DNA of 64,000 nt, taken from positions 6,527,819 to 6,591,818 of the forward strand of contig CM082584.2 in assembly GCA_040954595.2 (NCBI GenBank). The letters run 5' to 3'. Below, in pieces: positions 51,901 through 64,000 of this stretch (position 1 is its first letter; every line of letters begins with the position of its first letter). Source of the stretch: Balanoglossus misakiensis (taxonomy: Eukaryota > Animalia > Hemichordata). A program made the position numbers and the translations under genes. The notes beneath the pieces were generated by a model that was not told the DNA's origin, ran no database searches, and worked only from the letters and a program-made list of their open reading frames with translations.

Positions 51901-54900
51901 TTTTGATAAAAACCATGGGTTATAGCTCATGAAAATCATCCGAAATGACAATTTTTCGACTTTGCGAGATATCAAAATTTCTTCGATTTTTGATAAAAAC
52001 CATGGGTTATAGCTCATGAAAATCATCCGAAAATGACAATTTTTCGACTTTGCGAGATATCGAAATTTCTTCGATTTTTGATAAAAACCATGGGTTATAG
52101 CTCATGAAAATCATCCGAAAATGACAATTTTTCGACTTTGCGAAATTTCAAAATTTCTTCGATTTTTGATAAAAACCATGGGTTATAGCTCATGAAAATC
52201 ATCCGAAAATGACAATTTTTCGACTTTGCGAGATATCAAAATTTCTTCGATTTTTGATAAAAACCATGGGTTATAGCTCATGAAAATCATCCGAAAATGA
52301 CAATTTTTCGACTTTGCGAAATTTCAAAATTTCTTCGATTTTTGATAAAAACCATGGGTTATAGCTCATGAAAATCATCCGAAAATGACAATTTTTCGAC
52401 TTTGCGGATATCAAAATTTCTTCGATTTTTGATAAAAACCATGGGTTATAGCTCATGAAAATCATCCGAAAATGACAATTTTTCGACTTTGCGAGATATC
52501 AAAATTTATTCGATTTTGATAAAAACCATGGGTTATAGCTCATGAAAATCATCCGAAAATGACAATTTTTCGACTTTGCGAGATATCAAAATTTCTTCGA
52601 TTTTTGATAAAAACCATGGGTTATAGCTCATGAAAATCATCCGAAAATGACAATTTTTCGACTTTGCGAGATATGAAAATTTCTTCGATTTTTGATAAAA
52701 ACCATGGGTTATAGCTCATGAAAATCATCCGAAAATGACAATTTTTCGACTTTGCGAGATATCAAAATTTCTTCGATTTTTGATAAAAACCATGGGTTTT
52801 AGCTCATGAAAATCATCCGAAAATGACAATTTTTCGACTTTGCGAGATATCAAAATTTCTTCGATTTTTGATAAAAACCATGGGTTATAGCTCATGAAAA
52901 TCATCCGAAAATGACAATTTTTCGACTTTGCGAGATATCAAATTTCTTCTATTTTTGATAAAAACCATGGGTTATAGCTCATGAAAATCATCCGAAAATG
53001 ACAATTTTTCGACTTTGCGAGATATCAAAATTTCTTCGATTTTTGATAAAAACCATGGGTTATAGCTCACGAAAATCATCCGAAAATGACAATTTTTCGA
53101 CTTTGCGAGATATCAAAATTTCTTCGATTTTTGATAAAAACCATGGGTTATAGCTCACGAAAATCATCCGAAAATGACAATTTTTCGACTTTGCGAGATA
53201 TCAAATTTTCTTCGATTTTTGATAAAAAACATGGGTTATAGCTCACGAAAATCATCCGAAAATGACAATTTTTCGACTTTGCGAGATATCAAAATTTCTT
53301 CGATTTTTGATAAAAAGCATGGGTTATAGCTCACGAAAATCATCCGAAAATGACAATTTTTCGACTTTGCGAGATATCAAAATTTCTTCGATTTTTGATA
53401 AAAACCATGGGTTATAGCTCACGAAAATCATCCGAAAATGACAATTTTTCGACTTTGCGAGATATCAAAATTTCTTCGATTTTTGATAAAAACCATGGGT
53501 TATAGCTCACGAAAATCATCCGAAAATGACAATTTTTCGACTTTGCGAGATATCAAAATTTCTTCGATTTTTGATAAAAAACATGGGTTATAGCTCACGA
53601 AAATCATCCGAAAATGACATTTTTCGACTTTGCGAGAAATCAAAATTTCTTCGATTTTTGGTAAAAACCATGGGTTATAGCTCATGAAAATCATCCGAAA
53701 ATGACAATTTTTCGACTTTGCGGGATATCAAAATTTCTTCGATTTTTGATAAAAACCATGGGTTATAGCTCATGAAATCATCCCAAAATGACAATTTTTC
53801 GACTTTGCGAGATATCAAAATTTCTTCGATTTTTGATAAAAACCAGGGTTATAGCTCATGAAAATCATCCGAAAATGACAATTTTTCGACTTTGCGAGAT
53901 ATCAAAATTTCTTCGATTTTGATAAAAACCATGGGTTATAGCTCATGAAAATCATCCGAAAATGACAATTTTCGAACTTTGCGAGATATCAAATTTCTTC
54001 GATTTTTGATAAAAACCATGGGTTATAGCTCATGAAAATCATCCGAAAATGAGAATTTTTCGACTTTGCGCGAAATCAAAATTCTTCGATTTTTGATAAA
54101 AACCTGGGTTATAGCTCATGAAAATCATCCGAAAATGAGAATTTTTCGACTTTGCGCGAAATCAAAATTTCTTCGATTTTTGATAAAAACCATGGTTATA
54201 GCTCATGAAAATCATCCCAAAATGACAATTATTCGACTTTGCGGATATCAAAATTTCTTCGATTTTGATAAAAACCATGGGTTATAGCTCATGAAAATCA
54301 TCCCAAAATGACAAATTTTTCGACTTTGCGAGATATCAAAATTTCTTCGAATTTTGATAAAAACCATGGGTTATAGCTCATGAAAATCATCCGAAAATGA
54401 CAATTTTTCGACTTTGCGAGATATCAAAATTTCTTCGATTTTTGATAAAAACCATGGGTTATAGCTCATGAAAATCATCCGAAAATGACAATTTTTCGAC
54501 TTTGCGAGATATCAAAATTTCTTCGATTTTTGATAAAAACCATGGGTTATAGCTCATGAAATCATCCGAAAATGACAATTTTTTCGACTTTGCGAGAAAA
54601 TCAAATTTCTTCGATTTTTGATAAAAACCATGGTTATAGCTCATGAAAATCATCCGAAAATGACAATTTTCGACTTTGCGAGATATCAAAATTTCTTCGA
54701 TTTTGATAAAAACCAAGGGTTATAGCTCTGAAATCATCCGAAAATGACAATTTTTCGACTTTTGCGAGATATCAAATTTTCTTCGATTTTTGATAAAAAC
54801 CATGGGTTATAGCTCATGAAAATCATCCGAAAATGACAATTTTTCGACTTTGCGAGATATCAAATTTCTTCGATTTTTGATAAAAACCATGGGTTATAGC

Positions 54901-57900
54901 TCATGAAAATCATCCGAAAATGACAATTTTTCGACTTTGCGGAGATATCAAAATTTCTTCGATTTTTGATAAAAACCATGGGTATAGCTCATGAAAATCA
55001 TCCGAAAATGAGAATTTTTCGACTTTGCGCGAAATCAAAATTTCTTCGATTTTTGATAAAAACCATGGGTTATAGCTCATGAAAATCATCCGAAAATGAG
55101 AATTTTTCGACTTTGCGCGAAATCAAAATTTCTTCGATTTTTGATAAAAACCATGGGTTATAGCTCATGAAAATCATCCCAAAATGACAATTTTTCGACT
55201 TTGCGGGATATCAAAATTTCTTCGATTTTTGATAAAAACCATGGGTTATAGCTCATGAAAATCATCCCAAAATGACAATTTTTCGACTTTGCGAGATATC
55301 AAAATTTCTTCGATTTTTGATAAAAACCATGGGTTATAGCTCATGAAAATCATCCGAAAATGACAATTTTTTCGACTTTGCGAGATATCAAAATTTCTTC
55401 GATTTTTGATAAAAACCATGGGTTATAGCTCATGAAAATCATCCGAAAATGACAATTTTTCGACTTTGCGAGATATCAAAATTCTTCGATTTTTGATAAA
55501 AACATGGGTATATAGCTCATGAAAATCATCCGAAAATGACAATTTTTCGACTTTGCGAGAAATCAAAATTTCTTCGATTTTTGATAAAAACCATGGGTTA
55601 TAGCTCATGAAAATCATCCGGAAAATGACAATTTTTCGACTTTGCGAGATATCAAAATTTCTTCGATTTTTGATAAAAACCATGGTTATAGCTCATGAAA
55701 ATCATCCCAAATGACAATTTTTTCGACTTTGCGGGATATCAAAATTTTCTTCGATTTTTGATAAAAACCATGGGTTATAGCTCATGAAAATCATCCCAAA
55801 ATGACAATTTTCGACTTTGCGGGATATCAAAATTTCTTCGATTTTTGATAAAAACCATGGTTATAGCTCATGAAAATCATCCCAAAATGACAATTTTTTC
55901 GACTTTGCGGGATATCAAAATTCTTCGATTTTGATAAAAACCATGGGATATAGCTCATGAAAATCATCCGAAAATGACAATTTTTCGACTTTGCGAGATA
56001 TCAAAATTTCTTCGATTTTTTGATAAAAACCATGGGTTATAGCTCATGAAAATCATCCGAAAATGACAATTTTTCGACTTTGCGAGATATCAAAATTTCT
56101 TCGATTTTTGATAAAAACCATGGTTATAGCTCATGAAAATTATCCGAAAATGACAATTTTTCGACTTTGCGAGATATCAAAATTTCTTTCGATTTTTGAT
56201 AAAAACCATGGGTTATAGCTCATGAAAATCATCCGAAAATGACAATTTTTCGACTTTGCGAGATATCAAAATTTCTTCGATTTTTGATAAAACCATGGGT
56301 TATAGCTCATGAAAATCATCCGAAAATGACAATTTTTCGACTTTGCGAGATATCAAAATTTCTTCGATTTTTGATAAAAACCATGGGTTATAGCTCATGA
56401 AAATCATCCCAAAATGACAATTTTTCGACTTTGCGGGATATCAAAATTTCTTCGATTTTTGATAAAAACCATGGGTTATAGCTCATGAAAATCATCCCAA
56501 AATGACAAATTTTTCGACTTTGCGGATATCAAAATTTCTTCGATTTTGATAAAAACCATGGGTTAGCTCATGAAAATCATCCCGAAATGACAATTTTTCG
56601 ACTTTGCGAGATATCAAAATTTCTTCGATTTTTGATAAAAACCATGGGTTATAGCTCATGAAAATCATCCGAAAATGACAATTTTTCGACTTTGCGAGAT
56701 ATCAAAATTTCTTCGATTTTTGATAAAAACCATGGTTATAGCTCATGAAAATCATCCGAAAATGACAATTTTTCGACTTTGCGAGAAATCAAATTTCTTC
56801 GATTTTTGATAAAAACCATGGGTTATAGCTCATGAAAATCATCCGAAAATGACAATTTTTCGACTTTGCGGGAAATCAAAATTTCTTCGATTTTTGATAA
56901 AAACCATGGGTTATAGCTCATGAAAATCATCCGAAAATGACAATTTTTCGACTTTGCGGGAAATCAAAATTTCTTCGATTTTGATAAAAACCATGGGTTA
57001 TAGCTCATGAAAATCATCCGAAAATGACAATTTTTCGACTTTTGCGGGATATCAAAATTTCTTCGATTTTGATAAAAAACCATGGGTTTATAGCTCATGA
57101 AAATCATCCAAAATGACAATTTTTCGACTTTGCGAGATATCAAAATTTCTTCGATTTTTGATAAAAACCATGGTTATAGCTCATGAAAATCATCCGAAAA
57201 TGACAATTTTTCGACTTTGCGAGATATCAAAATTTTCTTCGATTTTTGATAAAAACCATGGGTTATAGCTCATGAAAATCATCCGAAAATGACAATTTTT
57301 CGACTTTGCGAGATATCAAATTGTCTTCGATTTTTGATAAAAACCATGGGTTATAGCTCATGAAAATCAATCCGAAAAATGACAATTTTTCGACTTTGCG
57401 AGATATCAAAATTTCTTCGATTTTTGATAAAAACCATGGGGTTAAAGCTCATGAAATTCATCCGAAAATGACAAATTTTTCGACTTTGCGAGATATCAAA
57501 ATTTCTTCGATTTTTGATTAAAACCATGGTTATAGCTCATGAAAATCATCCAAAATGACAATTTTTCGACTTTGAGAGATATCAAAATTTCTTCGATTTT
57601 GATAAAAACCATGGGTTATAGCTCATGAAAATCATCCCAAAATGACAATTTTTCGACTTTGCGAGATATCAAAATTTCTTCGATTTTTGATAAAAACCAT
57701 GGGTTATAGCTCATGAAATCATCCCAAAATGACAATTTTTCGACTTTGCGAGATATCAAAATTTCTTCGATTTTTGATAAAAACCATGGGTTATAGCTCA
57801 TGGAAAATCATCCCAAAATGACAATTTTTCGACTTTGCGAGATATCAAAATTTCTTCGATTTTTGATAAAAACCATGGGTTATAGCTCATGAAAATTATC

Positions 57901-60900
57901 CGAAAATGACAATTTTTCGACTTTGCGAGATATCAAAATTTCTTCGATTTTTGATAAAAACCATGGTTATAGCTCATGAAAATCATCCGAAAATGACAAT
58001 TTTTCGACTTTGCGAGATATCAAAATTTCTTCGATTTTTGATAAAAACCATGGGTTATAGCTCATGAAAATCATCCGAAAATGACAATTTTTCGACTTTG
58101 CGAGATATCAAAATTCTTCGATTTTTGATAAAAAACCATGGGTTATAGCTCATGAAAATCATCCGAAAATGACAATTTTTCGACTTTGCGGGATATCAAA
58201 ATTTCTTCGATTTTTGGATAAAACCATGGGTTATAGCTCATGAAAATCATCCCAAAATGACAATTTTTCGACTTTGCGGATATCAAAATTTCTTCGATTT
58301 TGATAAAAACCATGGGTTATAGGCTCATGAAAATCATCCAAAATGACAATTTTCGACTTTGCGAGATATCAAAATTTCTTCGATTTTTGATAAAAACCAT
58401 GGGTTATAGCTCATGAAAATCATCCGAAAATGACAATTTTTCGACTTTGCGAGATATCAAAATTTCTTCGATTTTTGATAAAAACCATGGGTTATAGCTC
58501 ATGAAAATCATCCGAAAATGACAATTTTTCGACTTTGCGGGAAATCAAATTTCTTCGATTTTTGATAAAAACCATGGGTTATAGCTCATGAAAATCATCC
58601 GAAAATGACAATTTTTCGACTTTGCGGGATATCAAAATTTCTTCGATTTTGATAAAAAACCAGGGGTTATAGCTCATGAAAATCATCCCAAAATGACAAT
58701 TTTCGACTTTGCGAGATATCAAAATTTCTTCGATTTTGATAAAAACCATGGGTTATAGCTCATGAAAATCATCCGAAAATGACAATTTTTCGACTTTGCG
58801 AGATATCAAAATTTCTTCGATTTTTGATAAAAAACCATGGTTATAGCTCATGAAAATCATCCCGAAAATGACAATTTTTCGACTTTGCGAGATATCAAAT
58901 TGTCTTCGATTTTTGATAAAAACCATGGGTTATAGCTCATGAAAATCATCCGAAAATGACAATTTTTCGACTTTGCGAGATATCAAAATTTCTTCGATTT
59001 TTGATAAAAACCATGGGTTATAGCCCATGAAAATCATCCGAAAATGACAAATTTTCGACTTTGCGAGATATCAAAATTGTCTTCGATTTTTGATTAAAAC
59101 CATGGTTATAGCTCATGAAAATCATCCGAAAATGACAATTTTTCGACTTTGCGAGATATCAAAATTTCTTCGATTTTTGATAAAAACCATGGTTATAGCT
59201 CATGAAAATCATCCCAAAATGACAATTTTTTCGACTTTGCGAGATATCAAAAATTTCTTCGATTTTTGATAAAACCATGGGTTATAGCTCATGAAAATCA
59301 TCAAAATGACAATTTTTCGACTTTGCGAGATATCAAAATTTCTTCGATTTTTGGATAAAAACCATGGGTTATAGCTCATGAAAATCATCCCAAAATGACA
59401 ATTTTTCGACTTTGCGAGATATCAAAATTTCTCGATTTTTGATAAAAACCATGGTTATAGCTCATGAAAATCATCCGAAAATGACAATTTTTCGACTTTG
59501 CGAGATATCAAAATTTCTTCGATTTTTGATAAAAACCATGGGTTATAGCTCATGAAAATCATCCCAAAATGACAATTTTTCGACTTTGCGAGATATCAAA
59601 ATTTCTCGATTTTTGATAAAAACCATGGTTATAGCTCATGAAAATCATCCGAAAAATGACAATTTTTCGACTTTGCGAATATCAAAATTTCTTCGATTTT
59701 TGATAAAAACCATGGGTTATAGCTCATGAAAATCATCCGAAAATGACAATTTTTCGACTTTGCGGAAATCAAATTTCTTCGATTTTTGATAAAAACCATG
59801 GTTATAGCTCATGAAAATCATCCGAAAATGACAATTTTTCGACTTTGCGGGATATCAAAATTTCTTCGATTTTTGATAAAAACCATGGGTTATAGCTCAT
59901 GAAAATCATCCGAAAATGACAATTTTTCGACTTTGCGAGATATCAAAATTTCTTCGATTTTGATTAAAAACCATGGGTTATAGCTCATGAAAATCATCCG
60001 AAAATGACAATTTTTCGACTTTGCGAGATATCAAAATTTTCTTCGATTTTTGATAAAAACCATGGGTTATAGCTCATGAAAATCATCCGAAAATGACAAT
60101 TTTTCGACTTTGCGAGATATCAAAATTTCTTCGATTTTTGATAAAAACCATGGGTTATAGCTCATGAAAATCATCCGAAAATGACAATTTTCGACTTTGC
60201 GAGATATCAAAATTTCTTCGATTTTTGATAAAAACCATGGGTTATAGCTCATGAAAATCATCCGAAAATGACAATTTTTCGACTTTGCGAGATATCAAAT
60301 TGTCTTCGATTTTTGATAAAAACCATGGGTTATAGCTCATGAAAATCATCCGAAAATGACAATTTTTCGACTTTGCGAGATATCAAAATTTCTTCGATTT
60401 TTGATAAAAACCATGGGTTATAGCTCATGAAAATCATCCGAAAATGACAATTTTTCGACTTTGCGAGATATCAAAATTTCTTCGATTTTGATTAAAAACC
60501 ATGGGTTATAGCTCATGAAAATCATCCGAAAATGACAATTTTTCGACTTTGCGAGATATCAAAATTTCTTCGATTTTTGATAAAAACCATGGGTTATAGC
60601 TCATGAAAATCATCCAAATGACAATTTTTCGACTTTTGCGGGATATCAAAATTTCTTCGATTTTTGATAAAAATCCATGGGTTATAGCTCATGAAAATCA
60701 TCCGAAAATGACAATTTTTCGACTTTGCGAGATATCAAAATTTCTTCGATTTTTGATAAAAACCATGGGTTATAGCTCATGAAAATCATCCCAAAAATGA
60801 CAATTTTTCGACTTTGCGAAGATATCAAAATTTCTTCGATTTTTGATAAAAACCATGGTTATAGCTCATGAAAATCATCCCAAAATGACAATTTTTTCGA

Positions 60901-63900
60901 CTTTGCGAGATATCAAAATTTCTTCGATTTTTGATAAAAACCATGGGTTATAGCTCATGAAAATCATCCCAAAATGACAATTTTTCGACTTTGCGAGATA
61001 TCAAAATTTCTTCGATTTTTGATAAAAACCATGGGTTATAGCTCATGAAAATCATCCGAAAATGACAATTTTTCGACTTTGCGAGATATCAAATTTCTTC
61101 GATTTTTGATAAAAACCATGGGTTATAGCTCATGAAAATCATCCGAAAATGACAATTTTTCGACTTTGGCGAGATATCAAAATTTCTTCGATTTTTGATA
61201 AAAACCATGGGTTATAGCTCATGAAAATCATCCGAAAATGACAATTTTTCGACTTTGCGAGATATCAAAATTTCTTCGATTTTTGATAAAAACCATGGGT
61301 TATAGCTCATGAAAATCATCCAAAATGACAATTTTTCGACTTTGCGAGATATCAAAATTTCTTCGATTTTTGATAAAAACCATGGGTTATAGCTCATGAA
61401 AATCATCCCAAATGACAATTTTTCGACTTTGCGAGATATCAAAATTTCTTCGATTTTTGATAAAAACCATGGGTTATAGCTCATGAAAATCATCCGAAAA
61501 TGACAATTTTTTCGACTTTGCGAGATAATCAAAATTTCTTCGATTTTTGATAAAAACCATGGTTATAGCTCATGAAAATCATCCGAAAATGACAATTTTC
61601 GACTTTGCGAGATATCAAAATTTCTTCGATTTTGATAAAAACATGGGTTATAGCTCATGAAAATCATCCGAAAATGACAATTTTTCGACTTTGCGAGATA
61701 TCAAATTTCTTCGATTTTTGATAAAAACATGGGTTATAGCTCATGAAAATCATCCGAAAATGACAATTTTTCGACTTTGCGAGATATCAAAATTTCTTCG
61801 ATTTTTGATAAAAACCATGGGTTATAGCTCATGAAAATCATCCCGAAAATGACAATTTTTCGACTTTGCGAGATATCAAAATTTCTTCGATTTTGATAAA
61901 AACCATGGGTATAGCTCATGAAAATCATCCGAAAATGACAATTTTTCGACTTTGCGGGATATCAAAATTTTCTTCGATTTTTGATAAAAACCATGGGTTA
62001 TAGCTCATGAAAATCATCCCAAAATGACAATTTTTCGACTTTGCGAGATATCAAAATTTCTTCGATTTTTGATAAAAACCATGGGTTATAGCTCATGAAA
62101 ATCATCCGAAAATGACAATTTTCGACTTTGCCGAGATATCAAAATTTCTTCGATTTTTGATAAAAACCATGGGTTATAGCTCATGAAAATCATCCGAAAA
62201 TGACAATTTTTCCGACTTTGCGGATATCAAAATTTCTTCCGATTTTGATAAAAACCATGGGTTATAGCTCATGAAAATCATCCGAAAATGACAATTTTTT
62301 GACTTTGCGAGATATCAAAATTTCTTCGATTTTTGATAAAAACATGGGTTATAGCTCATGAAAATCATCCGAAAATGACAATTTTTCGACTTTGCGAGAT
62401 ATCAAAATTTCTTCGATTTTTGATAAAAACCATGGGTTATAGCTCATGAAAATCATCCGAAAATGACAATTTTTCGACTTTGCGAGATATCAAAATTTCT
62501 TCGATTTTTGATAAAAAACCATGGGTTATAGCTCATGAAAATCATCCGAAAATGACAATTTTCGACTTTGCGGGATATCAAAATTTCTTCGATTTTGATA
62601 AAAACCATGGGTTATAGCTCATGAAAATCATCCGAAAATGACAATTTTTCGACTTTGCGAGATATCAAAATTTCTTCGATTTTTGATAAAAACCATGGGT
62701 TATAGCTCCATGAAAATCATCCGAAAATGACAATTTTTCGACTTTGCGGGATATCAAAATTTTCTTCGATTTTTGATAAAAACCATGGGTTATAGCTCAT
62801 GAAAATCATCCGAAAATGACATTTTTCGACTTTGCGAGATATCAAAATTTCTTCGATTTTTGATAAAAAACATGGGTTATAGCTCATGAAAAACATCCGA
62901 AAATGACAATTTTTCGACTTTGCGAGATATCAAAATTTCTTCGATTTTTGATAAAAACCATGGGTTATAGCTCATGAAAATCATCCGAAAATGACAATTT
63001 TCGACTTTGCGGGATATCAAAATTTCTTCGATTTTTGATAAAAACCATGGGTTATAGCTCATGAAAATCATCCGAAAATGACAATTTTTCGACTTTGCGG
63101 GATATCAAAATTTCTTCGAGTTTTGATAAAAACCATGGGTTATAGCTCATGAAAATCATCCGAAAATGACAATTTTCGACTTTGCGAGATATCAAAATTT
63201 TCTTCGATTTTTGATAAAAACCATGGGTTATAGCTCTGAAAATCATCCGAAAATGACAATTTTTCGACTTTGCGGGATATCAAAATTTCTTCGATTTTGA
63301 TAAAAACCATGGGTTATAGCTCATGAAAATCATCCGAAAATGACAATTTTTCGACTTTGCGGGATATCAAAATTTTCTTCGATTTTTGATAAAAACTAAG
63401 GGTTATAGCTCATGAAAATCATCCGAAAATGACAATTTTTCGACCTTTGCGGATATCAAAATTTCTTCGATTTTTGATAAAAACCAATGGGTTATAGCTC
63501 ATGAAAATCATCCGAAAATGACAATTTTTCGACTTTGCGGATATCAAAATTTCTTCGATTTTTGATAAAAATCATGGTTTATAGCTCATGAAAATCATCG
63601 AAATGACAATTTTCGACTTTGCGAGATATCAAAATTCTTCGATTTTGATAAAAACCATGGGTTATTAGCTCATGAAAATCATCCGAAAATGACAATTTTT
63701 CGACTTTGCGAGATATCAAAATATCTTCGATTTTGATAAAAACCATGGGTTTTAGCTCAATGAAAATCATCCGAAAATGACAATTTTTCGACCATTGCGA
63801 GATATCAAAATCCTTCGATTTTTGATAAAAACCATGGGTTATAGCTCATGAAAATCATCATACTTGATAATTCTTCGATTTGATAAAAACCATGGGTTAT

Positions 63901-64000
63901 ACTCATGAAATCATCCGAAAATGACAATTTTTCGACTTTGCGGGATATCAAAATATCTTCGATTTTGATAAAAACCAGGGTTATAGCTCATGAAAATCGA
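42935..64000. repeat. 88-bp satellite array, ~240 monomers, continuing beyond the window
   Basis: Consensus catgggttatagctcatgaaaatcatccgaaaatgacaatttttcgactttgcgagatatcaaaatttcttcgatttttgataaaaac, head-to-tail and highly homogeneous. Confidence 0.99.

Noticed and set aside
51480-63770. ORFs inside the 88-bp satellite
   Set aside because: Created by single-base indels, likely sequencing errors, that shift frames between monomers.
38382-64000. CRISPR-like array
   Set aside because: No unique spacers, no cas genes, eukaryotic context.

Overview
Eukaryotic (metazoan) genomic DNA, AT-rich with GT-AG introns; probably a marine invertebrate deuterostome (inference). From left to right: (1) the 3' part of a + strand FGFR gene (second half of Ig3, TM, full tyrosine kinase, stop at 19849), with a candidate 93-nt symmetric cassette exon at 498-590 in the middle of Ig3; (2) a ~330-bp (CAT)n tract; (3) a 5'-truncated CR1-clade LINE with an unbroken RT frame on the - strand; (4) a complete 8-coding-exon ZRANB2 gene (30408-34252, +); (5) several MITEs; (6) a ~4.5-kb array of a 562/563-bp unit; (7) ~21 kb (~240 copies) of an 88-bp satellite running off the end. 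The most interesting element is the 563-bp array. Each unit carries a degenerate tRNA-like Pol III cassette (A box, B box, immediate oligo-T), the cassettes alternate with 85-bp near-perfect palindromes, and the array sits between the genes and the satellite block, so it is a candidate TFIIIC/Pol III boundary element. Exon coordinates were read by hand; all functional claims about repeats are inference.
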